A stretch of DNA of 64,000 bases from an uncultured Acidobacteriota bacterium. GTDB lineage: Bacteria > Acidobacteriota > Vicinamibacteria > Fen-336. Positions 43,243-53,678 of the stretch are shown here, piece after piece (the first letter of the stretch is position 1; every line of letters starts with the position of its first letter). The stretch lies in the NCBI GenBank assembly GCA_963744315.1, contig CAVUTB010000005.1, forward strand, positions 190,794 through 254,793, written 5' to 3'. Made by a program: the position numbers and the translations under genes. The notes under the pieces were generated by a model. That model was given only the letters and a program-made list of their open reading frames with translations. It was not told the origin of the DNA and ran no database searches.

Positions 43243-43584
43243 CTACGACAGGACGGACAGGATCTCGAGGAGCCCCATCGGCGAGTCCTCGAAGTGGACG
43301 CCGACCTGGTACGAGAGTCCCTCGAGGCGCGCCCACATCGCGGTGCCGGGCACCTCGACCGACGGCGTCCTCGCTCCGTCCTGGATCGGCGCCTCGAAGA
43401 TGACGGCGACGGTCGCGCCGCGCGGGATGTCCTCGCCGACCCTGAGACGGCAGCCGTAGGGCGAGAGGTCCATCGCCGTCGCGGGCCGCCAGTCACCGTC
43501 CCCGCGGTAGCGAACGGTCAGCAGGCACGCCTTGCGCGCCGTGATGCGGCGGTTGCTTCGGCTGACGACTGCAGTTTCACCCAT
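43243..43584 (-). CDS. stand-alone PilZ domain protein
   Basis: 113 aa. RRITAR (RxxxR) and DLSPYG (DxSxxG) c-di-GMP-binding motifs. Confidence 0.7.
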   Translation of the reverse strand: MGETAVVSRSNRRITARKACLLTVRYRGDGDWRPATAMDLSPYGCRLRVGEDIPRGATVAVIFEAPIQDGARTPSVEVPGTAMWARLEGLSYQVGVHFEDSPMGLLEILSVLS

Positions 43585-43690
43585 GCTTCTCTTTTTTGAA
43601 GAGGTCGAACGGCACCCGGGTCCGGAGGGATGCCGGAGTATAGCACCCGTCCGGAAGGAATCAAATCCTGTGCTAATCTGACGCGTCCGG

Positions 43691-44737
43691 ATGCCGACAC
43701 GAGCGAGCGTTCTTCTGTGCTGGCCGCACTCAGCACCGCCTGTGGTGGCGGCACCCCCGGCTCCCCCGACAATCCGGCGGCACGCCCCCTCCCCCGCCGG
43801 GCTCGCCCGTCGGCGGATACCTGTTCTACGACGAGAACGGCAACGGCACGGCCGACTCGAACGAGATCGTCCGCCTCCCGAGCGTCGGCGTCGCGATCGG
43901 CGGGCAGAACGCCACGACGGCGACCGGCGGCCGCTTCTCGATCGCGAGCGTCCCGAACGGCGCCCAGACCGGCAGGCCCGGCCGGACACGCTGCCGGCGT
44001 ACTTCACGGCGACGACGGTCAACGTCACCGTGCCGGCGAGCGGCGACGTGCCGGTCCGGCGCGGCTGCCGATCGGCACGCGCAACCGGCCGAACGTCTAC
44101 CTGGCTTTCGGCGACAGCATCACGGAGGGCGAGGGCTCGAGCGGCGACGGATAAGAGACTACCTGCGGGAGCAGCTGCGCACCTTCTGGGGCCGCGCCGA
44201 CATCGTGAACGAGGGCGCGCCCGGCACCCGCAGCAACGCCGGTCGCTCGCGCCTGCCCGGCAGCCTGCTCCCAGTACCGCCCCGCGTACGCGCTCATCCT
44301 CTACGGCACCAACGACTGGAACGAGCCCGAGTGCCGCAACGCCTTCCCCTGCTACACGATCGACTCGCTGCGCTCGATGATCCAGGACAGCGAAGAGCGC
44401 CGGCGCTTTCCCGATCGTCGGCACGATCCCGCCCGTCAATCCGCAGTACGCCGACCGCAACCCCACCGAGCGCAACGACTGGGTGCGGCGGATGAACGAC
44501 CTGATCCGGCCGATGGCCGCGGCGGAGCGCGTGCCGGTCGCCGAGATCCACGGCGAATTCTTGAAGCAGCCGAGCCTGCCGCCGCTGTTCGAGGATTTCC
44601 TGCACCCGAACGACCAGGGCTACCAGCTGATCTCGCAGGTCTTCTTCCGCGCGATCACGCAGCCGCTCGCGGGGGCTTCGGCGACGGCCGACGAGGCGGC
44701 GCCCGCCCTCTTCATCCCTCCGGGCCACCGCCACTGA
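43691..44737 (+). CDS. SGNH/GDSL hydrolase lipoprotein with N-terminal beta-repeat region (about three frameshifts)
   Basis: Lipobox SVLAALSTAC. YLFYDENGNGTADSNE segment. LAFGDSITEG catalytic block; DHPN-like region (FLHPNDQGY). Confidence 0.65.
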
Positions 44738-45303
44738 TGAAGTCGCGCGCCGAAGCCGAGGCGCTGCTCTTCGAGTTCACGCAGTCGGACGCGCTCCGCA
44801 AGCACGGGCGCGGCGTCGAGGAAGCGATGCGCGCCTACGCGCGCTGGTTCGGCATCACTGATCCGGCCGAGGTCGAGAAGTGGGGCATCGTCGGCCTGCT
44901 GCACGACTTCGACTACGAGCAGAACCCGACCGTCGAGACGCACCTGCATGTCGGCTCGCGCGTGCTGCGCGAGCGCGGCTTGCCCGAGGAGATCGTGCTC
45001 GCGATCGCTCCCACGCGCGACTACATGGGCGTGCCGCGCGACACGCCGCTCCGCAAGGCGCTCTACGCCTGCGACGAGCTCGTCGGCTTCATCGGCGCGT
45101 GCGTGAAGGTCCGGCCGTCGAAGAAGATCGCCGACCTGCCCGTCGAGTCCGTGACGAAGAAGCTCAAGGACAAGGCCTTCGCGCGCTCGGTGGACCGCGC
45201 CTGCGTCTACGGCGGCGCCGAGGGCATCGGCCGCCCGCTCGAGGAGCACGTGGCGTTCGTGATCGAGTCGCTCAAGCCGATCGCCGACGAGATCGGGCTC
45301 TAG
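44737..45303 (+). CDS. HD-domain phosphohydrolase
   Basis: 188 aa intact. His/Asp motif in GLLHDFDY. ATG shares one base with the preceding TGA (TGATG). Confidence 0.75.
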   Translation: MKSRAEAEALLFEFTQSDALRKHGRGVEEAMRAYARWFGITDPAEVEKWGIVGLLHDFDYEQNPTVETHLHVGSRVLRERGLPEEIVLAIAPTRDYMGVPRDTPLRKALYACDELVGFIGACVKVRPSKKIADLPVESVTKKLKDKAFARSVDRACVYGGAEGIGRPLEEHVAFVIESLKPIADEIGL

Positions 45304-46148
45304 TCCCGCGGCGGCGCGACGCCAGGCGCCATCCCCGCTCCGAACACCAGCACCAGGCTCGAGACGTAGGCCCAGAGCACCAGCGAGACGGCGAAGGCGA
45401 GCGGGCCGTAGAAGGTTTGCAGCTGCATGCGGCCGAGGTTCCAGACGAACGCGTACTTCGAGACTTCCCAGGCGAGCGCCGCCCACAGAGCGGCGCGCGC
45501 CGCGACGCCGAACTCGATGCGCGCGCTCGGAGCCAGGCGGTAGACGAGCGCGAAGAGCGCCCAGCCGAGGCCGAACGCGGCGGCCTTCGCCCCCCACGAC
45601 GCGACGAGCGCCACGGGCTCCGCGAGCTCCCGCCCGAAGGCGCTCACGCTGCTGCCGAGGCTGCGGCCGTACACGGTCAGCGAGAGCGACAGCAGCGCGA
45701 GCGCCGCGCACGCCGCGGTCAGCAGGAACGCGAGCAGCCGGCTCTTCCAGAAGCTGCGCTCGGCGCGCGCGCCCCACACGCGGTTCAGCACGCGCTCCAC
45801 CGGAATGAAGATGCCCGACGAGCCCCAGACGATGAGCGCGAGCGAGAAGAGCTGGAAGCCGGGTGCCACGCGCGTCATCTGCCGCAGCGACGTCGCGAAG
45901 GTGTCGCCCCCGACCGGGATCAGCTCGCTCAGCAGCTGGCGCAGCGCGGCGGCACCGCCGCTTCCGGGAGCGAGCCTCTGCGCGGCCGCCACCAGCACCA
46001 GCAGCAGCGGAAACAGGCACAGCAGGAAGTTGAACGCGATCGCGTTGTTGAGGACCGTCACCTCGCGCGACAGCAGCAGCGAGGCGGTGCGCTTCAGCCT
46101 CTCGCGCAGCCCGGGCCCGGCGGGCCGGCCGCGCCTAGAGCGCGCCAC
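45300..46148 (-). CDS. YihY/BrkB family inner-membrane protein
   Basis: 282 aa intact, six predicted TM helices. 4-nt overlap with the HD gene end. Confidence 0.8.
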   Translation of the reverse strand: MARSRRGRPAGPGLRERLKRTASLLLSREVTVLNNAIAFNFLLCLFPLLLVLVAAAQRLAPGSGGAAALRQLLSELIPVGGDTFATSLRQMTRVAPGFQLFSLALIVWGSSGIFIPVERVLNRVWGARAERSFWKSRLLAFLLTAACAALALLSLSLTVYGRSLGSSVSAFGRELAEPVALVASWGAKAAAFGLGWALFALVYRLAPSARIEFGVAARAALWAALAWEVSKYAFVWNLGRMQLQTFYGPLAFAVSLVLWAYVSSLVLVFGAGMAPGVAPPRD

Positions 46149-46251
46149 GCCCGCTCCGTCGCCGTTCGCTTCTGGTGCGTGCCATCCCGCTGCGGGGCGG
46201 GATTCTACACGAGCGGGGGTGTGCCGAGCGGATGCTAGACTGCCGCTCGCG

Positions 46252-47080
46252 ATGGCCGCCTCCCTCCAGATCCGCGCGGCGCGCGCGCGCGCGCGACTAC
46301 GACGCCTGCGTCCGGCTGCAGCGCGAGGTCTGGGGCCTCAGCGATCTCGAGATCACCTCGGCGATCCAGCTGATCGCCACCGTGCACGCCGGCGGCCTGC
46401 TGCTGGTGGCCGAGGCGCCGGGCGACGGCATCGTCGGCTTCAGCTACGGCTTCGCCGGCTGGAGCGACGGGACGCCGCACCTGCACTCCGACATGCTCGC
46501 GGTGCGGCCCGAGCTGGCGCGGCAAGGGCGTCGGGCTGCGCCTCAAGTGGGCGCAGCGCGACGGGGCGCTCGCGCGCGGGCTCCGCCTCGTGACCTGGAC
46601 CTTCGACCCGATGCGCGCGAAGAACGCGCGCGCTCAACCTGCGCCGCCTCGGGGCGATCGCGCGCGAGCTCCTGCCGGACTTCTACGGCCGCACGAGCTC
46701 GAAGCTGCACCACGGCCTCGCCACCGACCGCCTGCTCGCGCGCTGGGAGCTCGCGAGCCCGCGCGTCAAGCGCCTCGCGGCGCGCACGCCCGACCCGGCC
46801 CCCGACAGGCGCTCCGCGCGCATCAACGACGTGCGGCTGCAGGCCGGCCTGCCGCTGAGCTCGGACCCGCGCCTCGGGCTCGACGCGCCCCGGCTGCTGC
46901 TCCAGATTCCCGCGGACTGGGACAAGGTCTGCCGCGCGGATGCGGCGCTCGCGCGCGAGTGGCAGGCGATCGTGCGGCGGTCGCTCGAGTCCTGCTTCGC
47001 GCGCGGCTACGTCGCGCTGGACCTCGTCGCGACGCGCGAGGGTGCGAGCGCCAGCTACGTGCTGGAGCGGATCACTCGCC
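46252..47080 (+). CDS. GNAT-family acetyltransferase-like protein (about two frameshifts, 3' end uncertain)
   Basis: DYDACVRLQREVWGLSDLEITSAIQLIATVHAGGLLLVAE...GFSYGFAGW...HSDMLAVRPE..GKGVGLRLKWAQR...VTWTFDPMRAKNA. The tail converges on or overlaps the sseA end. Confidence 0.6.
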
Positions 47081-47940
47081 GCCCAAAGCCGCGGGCAGCT
47101 GCGGGTCGGACGACCACTCGCTCCAGGAGCCCGCGTAGAGCGTCCCGCGCAGGCCGGCGAGGTGGAGCGCGAGCAGGTCGTGGCAGGCGGTGACGCCCGA
47201 GCCGCAGTAGACGATCGGCTCCTTCTGCTCTGCGCCGAGCGCCCGGTAGCGCGCGCGTAGCGCGTCGCCCGGCAGGAACACGGGCGGCGTCGCGGCCGTG
47301 AGGTTCCCCGTCCACGCAGCGTTCCTCGCGCCCGGCACGTGGCCCGCGCGCGGGTCGACCGGCTCGGCCTCGCCGCGGTAGCGCTCGCCCACGCGCGCGT
47401 CGAGCACGAGCCGTCTCGCGTGGTCCCGGACCATCTCGTCCTTCGCGACCACGAAGCCGGGCCGCAGCCGGCCTTCGAACCGGACCGGCTGGACGCGCGG
47501 CTCTTCGGTCGAGAGCGGCCGGCCCTCGGCCGTCCATTTCGCGATCCCGCCGTCGAGCACGGCGACGTCGTCGTGGCCGTGGGCGCGCAGCAGGATACCA
47601 GAGCCGCGCTGCCGATGCCGCCGGAGTTGTCGTCGTAGGCGACGACGCGAACGCCCGGCCCGATGCCGGCCTTCCCCATCACGGCCGCGACCTTCTCCTC
47701 GCTCGGCCAGGGGTGGCGGCCCGCGGAAGGCCGCGGCCGCCGCCGGGCGCCGAGAGGTCCTCGTCCATGTCGAGGAAGATCGCGCCGGGGATGTGACCCG
47801 CCCGCCAGGCGTCACGCCCCCGGCGGGCCGGATCCAGGTAGAAGCGCGTGTCGACGACGCGCAGCGTCTCGAGCGGCGACGCACCCGAAGGTCCGATCGC
47901 GCGGGCCAGCCAGCCGGTAGTCGACGAGCGCGTCCATGCC
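47072..47940 (-). CDS. 3-mercaptopyruvate sulfurtransferase / rhodanese (about three frameshifts)
   Basis: Two rhodanese domains. Active site in IVYCGSGVTACHDLLAL (the CGSGVT motif). N-terminus MDALVDYRLAG...VVDTRFYLDP. Confidence 0.7.
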
Positions 47941-47949
47941 GCCCGGGCC

Positions 47950-48748
47950 CTACTTCATCTGCGTGATCGGGTTCGGCACCTTCTTGTAGCCCTTGGCGAT
48001 CGTCGCCAGGTCGAACGCCGAGGCCGGGATCGGCCCCTTCTTGATCTCGGTCGCCTCTTTCGAGCTGTCGATGTTGCGGCCCATCATCTTGAGCGACGTC
48101 GACTCCGCGATCGTGACGCCCTCGATCTTCTTCATCTCGTCGGCCACCTTCGACAGGCCCTTGAACATCGGGTTCTGGGCCATCATGCCGGCCGAGGTGC
48201 GTGAAGGACGCGAACTTCTCGTAGTCCACCTTGGGGATCGGGAAGGCGAGCGCGGTCGTCGCGCAGAGCTTCGTGGTCATCGTCGTGCCCATCGCGATCG
48301 TGTAGTCCTGGCAGCTGTAGCCCGCGACCTGGCGCGTGCCGCCCTTCGTGACCGTCACGGAGCCGGTGGCGCCCCCCATCATCGCCTCCATCTTCTCGCG
48401 CACGGCGGGCGGCATGTTCTTCATCTGCTCGGCCATCTGATCCATCTTGGCCTGCGCCTGCTTCATCGCCGCGTCCATCTCGGCGAGCGTGACCTCGGAG
48501 TACTCCTTCTTCTTGTGGTCGATCGACGTGATCTTCCCGGCTGCGTACTCGAGGATCGTCTCGTGCTCGGCGTCCCCGGAGCGCATCTTCTCGCTCGAGT
48601 AGTAGCTCGTCGAGGTCGACGTGCCGTCCTTGTTCGTGGACTTGAAGACCAGCGTGAGGTCCTCGGCGCTCGCGGCCGGAGTGGACGCGGCGGCAAGGCT
48701 CACGGCACAGGCAGCGGCGATCAGAAACGTTCTCGTCATCGGCTCCAT
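47950..48748 (-). CDS. secreted hypothetical protein (one frameshift)
   Basis: MEPMTRTFLIAAACAVSLAAASTPAASA signal peptide after a GAGGAGG RBS. Lys/Met/Glu-rich mature part. C-terminus in 47950..48186 (MMAQNPMFKGLSKVADEMKKIEG...). Confidence 0.55.
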
Positions 48749-48845
48749 GACCTCCTCGGGAGACGCGCCGGCTCGGCGCGCCACGGAGGGTATACTCGCA
48801 CGACTGGCCGCGTTGTGCGGCGCCTCACGACGGAGGTCGAACGCC

Positions 48846-49172
48846 TTGCCCAAGCCGGAGCGTCAGCTGCTCGTCTGCGTGAACACGCGTCCGCCCGGCA
48901 ACCCGAAAGGATCGTGCGGCGAGAAGGGCAGCCAGGAGCTGTTCGAGCGCCTGAAGGAGCTGCTGAAGGAGCGCGGGCTCGACGAGCGCGTGATGGTCAA
49001 CCGCACCTATTGCCTGAAGCACTGCAGCCGCGGCCCGACCGTGGCGGTGCAGCCCGACAACGCCTGGTACGCCGGCGTCACGCAGTCCGACCTCGCCGAG
49101 ATCTGCGACGTGCACGGCAAGGGCGGCCCGCCGATCGAGCGCCTGGCGATGCCGGATATTCCGTGGGAATGA
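48846..49172 (+). CDS. thioredoxin-like [2Fe-2S] ferredoxin
   Basis: TTG start with GGAGG RBS. Cys ligands in LLVCVN...GSCGEKGS...YCLKHCSRGPTV. Confidence 0.7.
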   Translation: MPKPERQLLVCVNTRPPGNPKGSCGEKGSQELFERLKELLKERGLDERVMVNRTYCLKHCSRGPTVAVQPDNAWYAGVTQSDLAEICDVHGKGGPPIERLAMPDIPWE

Positions 49173-49182
49173 TCAGCGGGCT

Positions 49183-49251
49183 CGGGTGCTCAAACCCCCC
49201 GAAGCTCAGTCCAGGCCGTCCTGACCTGTTGTCCGTTTCCGTTGTCCGTCC
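49183..49251. repeat. REP-like repeat, copy G (M2, reverse orientation, truncated)
   Basis: Reverse complement reads GGACGGACAACGGAAACGGACAACAGG...GGCCTGGACTGAGCTTCGGGGGGTTTGAGCACCC. Lies between the convergent ferredoxin and HTH genes. Confidence 0.45.
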
Positions 49252-49608
49252 CTAGCCTCGCCGTTTTTTCGCCGGCTGACGGTTGCGCTTGCTGTACGCC
49301 TGATTGAGCTCGCGCACGAACCGCCGCAGCGGGATCTGCGCATCCTTGAGGAACTGGCTCACCTCGCGCGCCACCTCCCGCACCACCGCCGGGTCGTCGA
49401 CCGGCTCGCGGTGGATCACGGTGCGCTGGTGCAGCCGGCCCTCGCGGATCAGCTGGCGCACGAGGCTGACGCGCGCCGGGCTCCACAAGCGATAGCCGTT
49501 CCGGTTGCGCGGCGGCTCCGGCACCTTCTTCGCGTAGAGCCAGTTGAGCAGCGTCTGCTTGCTGACGTTCAGCTCGCGCGCGACCTCGAGGGTCGTCAGA
49601 TACCGCAT
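49252..49608 (-). CDS. MerR-superfamily/excisionase-type HTH DNA-binding protein
   Basis: 118 aa. MRYLTTLEVARELNVSKQTLLNWLYAKKVP helix-turn-helix, basic C-terminus. Confidence 0.65.
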   Translation of the reverse strand: MRYLTTLEVARELNVSKQTLLNWLYAKKVPEPPRNRNGYRLWSPARVSLVRQLIREGRLHQRTVIHREPVDDPAVVREVAREVSQFLKDAQIPLRRFVRELNQAYSKRNRQPAKKRRG

Positions 49609-49658
49609 GCGCGGCGATTCTCACCGTCCCCGCCGCGGGCGTCAACGCTCGCGCTAGA

Positions 49659-50246
49659 ATGAGGCTTCCCCCAAACATGTCGAAGATGACGATCGACGTC
49701 GTCGGCCGGCCTTTCGCGCGGACCAAGTCGCGCCTGGGAACGATCCTGCTCCTCGTGCTCGGCCTCGGTCTGCTCGGGTTCGGGCTCTGGGTCCAGGGCC
49801 TCCCCGCCTTCGTCGCGTGGCAGACGGCACGCGATCACGCGCACGGGCTCGGCGGCCGCCCGACGAGCCGCGTGTGGAGCTCGGAGCCCGCCGTCGTGAC
49901 GGCATGGCTCGAGCAGCACGGCACGCCGGTGCCGCCGCTGCCGGACCGCGCGGGCTCGGCCGGGCTCGTGGGGGCGCACTACTGCTCGCTCGTCGATCGC
50001 GTGGCCGCGCACGTCGTCTACCAGGGCGAGGAGGCGAGCGTCTCGATCTTCGTGCTGCACGGCCCCGTGCGCGCGCCGAGCGGCTGGTCGGCGAGCGTCC
50101 ACGGCGTGCACGTGCTCTTCGTGCGGGCCGCGGGCCGCGTGCTGGCGATCGTCGGCGAGCGGGACGACGACGTGCGTGCGGCCATGCGCGGCTTCGCGAC
50201 CAGCGTCGCCGCGGTTGACCCTCCACGGCCCAAGCTGCTAACTTAG
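49659..50246 (+). CDS. hypothetical single-pass membrane protein
   Basis: 195 aa. TM helix LGTILLLVLGLGLLGFGLWV. Transcribed divergently from the HTH gene and ends 13 nt before the tRNA. Confidence 0.5.
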   Translation: MRLPPNMSKMTIDVVGRPFARTKSRLGTILLLVLGLGLLGFGLWVQGLPAFVAWQTARDHAHGLGGRPTSRVWSSEPAVVTAWLEQHGTPVPPLPDRAGSAGLVGAHYCSLVDRVAAHVVYQGEEASVSIFVLHGPVRAPSGWSASVHGVHVLFVRAAGRVLAIVGERDDDVRAAMRGFATSVAAVDPPRPKLLT

Positions 50247-50259
50247 TAGTCACCCGGTT

Positions 50260-50335
50260 GGGGCTGTAGCGCAGTTGGGAGCGCGCGTGAATGGCATTCA
50301 CGAGGTCGCCGGTTCGATCCCGGCCAGCTCCACCA
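50260..50335 (+). tRNA. tRNA-Ala (anticodon GGC)
   Basis: GGGGCTGTAGCGCAGTTGGGAGCGCGCGTGAATGGCATTCACGAGGTCGCCGGTTCGATCCCGGCCAGCTCCACCA. Cloverleaf with a G3:U70 pair (Ala identity element), anticodon loop ATGGCAT, T-loop GGTTCGATCC, encoded CCA. Confidence 0.9.
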
Positions 50336-50868
50336 ACTCCCGCCAAGACCCGCTTCTGACGCTCGGTCTCTCGAGAGGACTAGCGTCTCCGAACGCAGCC
50401 GGGTCGCTTCCTTCGACACGCACATGGAGTGAGTGACATGCGCATCGGCATGCTGGGCTCTGGACTGATCGAGGCAGGCACGGGCTGGGCGGACGGCGCC
50501 GTGCGCAGCGGGCAGAGGCAGTGAATACGTGCGTGACTTCAGCTATTCGAGACGCAAGCGCGAAAGAAGCTCCAGCGGCTGGCTGACGGCGCCGGCTCAC
50601 GCGCGAGGGCGGGGCCCGGTCAATGCCGCGCTACGGGAGCCGCCGGCCGACGCGCCGACGCAGTACGGTGGCTCGCCGTCCAGCTGACCTATCGCGTGGA
50701 CGACGTGCTGGCCCAAGGCCGGAAGGGATGACTCTTTCGTCACGAGCTCGCGCCGGGCAAAGCCTTGACAGTCCCATAATTACAAACCTTACACGTCTTG
50801 AGGCAGGGCCGGGGGCCGGGGCCTCCCAAGATCCCTTACACCGCGGTGCTTAGACTAATCACACTCAT

Positions 50869-50884
50869 TGGCACGCTCCTTGCT
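50869..50884 (+). promoter_or_regulatory. sigma54 (RpoN) -24/-12 promoter upstream of the PEP-CTERM gene
   Basis: TGGCACGCTCCTTGCT is a perfect match to TGGCAC-N5-TTGCW. About 50 nt upstream of the ATG at 50937. Two CCTTACAC direct repeats sit at about 50787 and 50833. Confidence 0.6.
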
Positions 50885-50936
50885 TATAGAAGTCGGCATG
50901 CACGCGAATCGTGTCGTTCTCGACCGGGAGGTAACG

Positions 50937-51584
50937 ATGAAGAAAGTAGCATTTCGTGGCCCTCTGCGTGGGCCTCCTGGCGCCCTCCGCGTCCATGGCG
51001 GCAGTCCTCGACTTCTCGACGGGTCTGGGAGGCGCCGGCGGGACGGTCGTCAACGTCGGTGGCGGGGATGCACTGGGGTTCGACATTCGCATCGACACGC
51101 TCGTGGTGAGCGGCGCGGGGGCGTTCGACGGTGTCTACAACGTCGACGGCGCCATCGCTTGTGCGACAGGCGGAGGCGGCCAGCTGTGGCGCACTGTCGT
51201 TCGACACGTCCGCCGGAACGTTCTCCATCGTCGGGAGCGTGCCGGCTCTCGGGGTTCCGGTGACGACGCTCCTTCTCGGGAGCATCGACTCTTTCATGTT
51301 CTTCCCGATCCGCGAGTTCGGCGGCCTTGTTCGCGAGCGGCGCCGATACGAAGGACGCGCAACTGCTCACGAGCCTGGGCCTCAACCCCTCCAGCCCCTA
51401 CGCTTTCATCGCCTCCAGCCTGAGCTTCGGCCCGGCGGTGTCGTGCCCGGGCGGCACGTGCTACACGGCGATCAGCACCGACGTCCTCAACACCGAGGTC
51501 CCGATCCCCGAGCCGGGAACGTTGCTCCTGCTGGGCGGCGGCCTGCTCGGTCTGGCCCGCGGCGCCCGCAAGCGAAACGGATAG
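50937..51584 (+). CDS. PEP-CTERM exosortase-sorted protein (about three frameshifts)
   Basis: GGGAGG RBS. Signal peptide MKKVAF.ALCVGLLAPSASMAA. C-terminal sorting signal VPIPEPGTLLLLGGGLLGLARGARKRNG (PEP motif, TM helix, Arg/Lys tail) in 51327..51584. Confidence 0.7.
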
Positions 51585-51704
51585 TTCGGGCCTCGTACTC
51601 GAGACAAGACGACAGCAGGGCTGGCCAGTGAACAACGGGGCCGGCGCCCTCGGAGGGGCACCGGCCCCGAGTTGCTTGCGAGCGGGATTCTCCCTGAACG
51701 CGAG

Positions 51705-53140
51705 TCAGCCTTTCCGATCGGCCGGTGGGAGCACCTGCGCCCAGCCGAGCTCGGTCCAGTCGAGCTCCTCCTCCAGCCGCTGGAACGCCGCGTCGCCGAT
51801 GGTGCCGTCGGCGCGAAGGGCCACGAGTCGCCGCCGCTGGGCCCCGGTCGCCGCGTGCACGACGCTCGAGTCGCCGTCTGCCGGAGCCACAGGCGCCGCC
51901 ACCGTCTCCACCGTCGCGTCCGCGCCTTCCTGCGCCAATTCCTCTTCGGCGCGGCGCAGCTGCAGCGTGTAGCTCTGCCGGACGAGCGCCGCCGCCTCGC
52001 TGCGCGGGCACTCCTCGGTCGCCACCACCGCCGCGCGCAGCGCTTCCACCCTGGCTCGGCGGACCTCGCGCTCGACGGCGCCGTCGTCGTGGAGCTTCAG
52101 CCGCAGGAGCAGCGGCCGCAGCGTGAGCCCCTGGATCAGCGAGCGTTCCCAGCACCACGCCGAAGGCGGTGACCAGGATCAGGTCCCGGTAGGGAAAGGC
52201 CCCGACGCCGCCCACGCCCGTCGGGAGCGCCAGCGCGGCCGCGAGCGTCACCGTGCCTCGCATGCCGCACCACCCCACGACGGCCGCAGCTGGAACCCCA
52301 TGAGGATGAAAGCCAGCACGTTCAGCACGAACACTGCGACGCCCCAGACCGCCCACGACGGGATGCGGACCCGCGCCGGCACGACCTCGGGCGCGCGGCG
52401 CGAAGCGGCCATCGCGAAGACCACCATCGTGATGATCCCCGACAGGTGCAGCCGCTCGGCCAGCACCCAGACGGCGAAGGTCTGGCAGAACTGGAACACG
52501 ATCGCCGTCGGGACGTCGCTGATGCGCGCGTTGATGGCGAGCAGGGGCCTCGCGAGCACCAGCCCGAGCGCGATGCTGCCCAGCGTGACCACCAGCAGCG
52601 TGGGCAACACGCTCCAGCCGGAAACGAAGCCGCTCACCGTGGCGGCGACGGCCAGGCGGTAGACGATGAGCGCGCTCGCGTCGTTGAAGAGGCTCTCCCC
52701 TCGAGGATCACGAGCAGACGGTGCGGCGGGCGGAGCTGCTTGAGCACGGTGGTGGCGGCCGCCGCGTCCGGCGGTGCCACGATCGCACCGAGCGCGATCG
52801 CGGCGGCCCAGGGCATGTCGGGCACCAGCAGGCGCACGACAACGGCGACGACGGCGATCGTCAGCGCGACCGCTCCGAGCGCGAGGCTCGCCACCTGGCG
52901 CCAGGTGGCGCGCAGGTCGCGCGGCGAGGCGTCGAAGGCGGCGTCGACCAGCACGGGCGCGACGAACAGCGCGAGCGCGAGCTCGGGATCGAGCACGAGC
53001 GTCGGCATGCCGGGGAGGAGCGCGAGCGCGGCGCCGGCCAGCGCCACCAGCGCCGGGTACGGTGCGCCGAGCCGTCGCGCCACGGCGGCGAGGACCGCGC
53101 CGCCCAGGAGCAGCGCGACGACGACCTCGAAAACGGCCAT
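51705..53140 (-). CDS. Na+/H+ antiporter, CPA1/NhaP family (about three frameshifts)
   Basis: Fragments 52634..53140, 52248..52637, 51487..52356 and 51705..52049 together give a 10-12 TM exchanger (ESLFNDASALIVYRLAV-like block) plus a cytoplasmic C-tail. Confidence 0.8.
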
Positions 53141-53302
53141 GTGTGCCTAGAGGCTACACCCGGCGCCGGTACGCCAAACGATCCTCTTGCGATGCTTACA
53201 GTTGCACGACGTGCATAGGCGTTACTCACTTTCCGCGAAGCTGGCGTTGCGTGACTGTAATCACGGAGACACACGCCATGAAGCGGATACCATGACCCGA
53301 CT

Positions 53303-53653
53303 ATGGACGCGGCTCAATCTCAATCAGACTCCTGCTGCTGCTTCCGCTGCCGCCGCTATCTCGTCCTGCCTGCGCACTACGCGGAGAACGCACTCTCGGG
53401 CACCCTCTCCGAATCTCCGGTGGGCGACGTGATGGGCTGGTTCATCTGCCAGGAGTGCTCGAGCCGCTTCACCCACACCACGAACGAACCCAGGAGAAAG
53501 CCGATGGAGCTGCCGTTCTGCCCGAGCTGCCGCTGCGTGATGGACCGCGATCGCAATCCGATCCGGCGGATGAACGAGAGCGACGAGCGCGAGTCGGTGG
53601 AGCTGTCGGCCTTCGCCTTCTGCGTCGAATGCGAGCCGATCCCCGCGAATTGA
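53303..53653 (+). CDS. hypothetical Cys-rich (zinc-ribbon-like) small protein
   Basis: CQEC...CPSCRC...CVEC Cys pairs. Probable start MGWFICQEC at about 53432. Weak RBS. Lies between two minus-strand genes. Confidence 0.3.
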   Translation: MDAAQSQSDSCCCFRCRRYLVLPAHYAENALSGTLSESPVGDVMGWFICQECSSRFTHTTNEPRRKPMELPFCPSCRCVMDRDRNPIRRMNESDERESVELSAFAFCVECEPIPAN

Positions 53654-53678
53654 TCGCCGCTCGAACCCTCGCGATCGC

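Noticed and set aside
50336-50936. Integrated island at tRNA-Ala (HTH/excisionase-like gene upstream, AT-rich DNA and PEP-CTERM gene downstream)
   Set aside because: No integrase or recombinase gene, and no direct repeat of the tRNA 3' end (GGTTCGATCCCGGCCAGCTCCACCA) found downstream in the window. The AT-rich stretch is better explained as the sigma54 promoter/UAS region of the PEP-CTERM gene.
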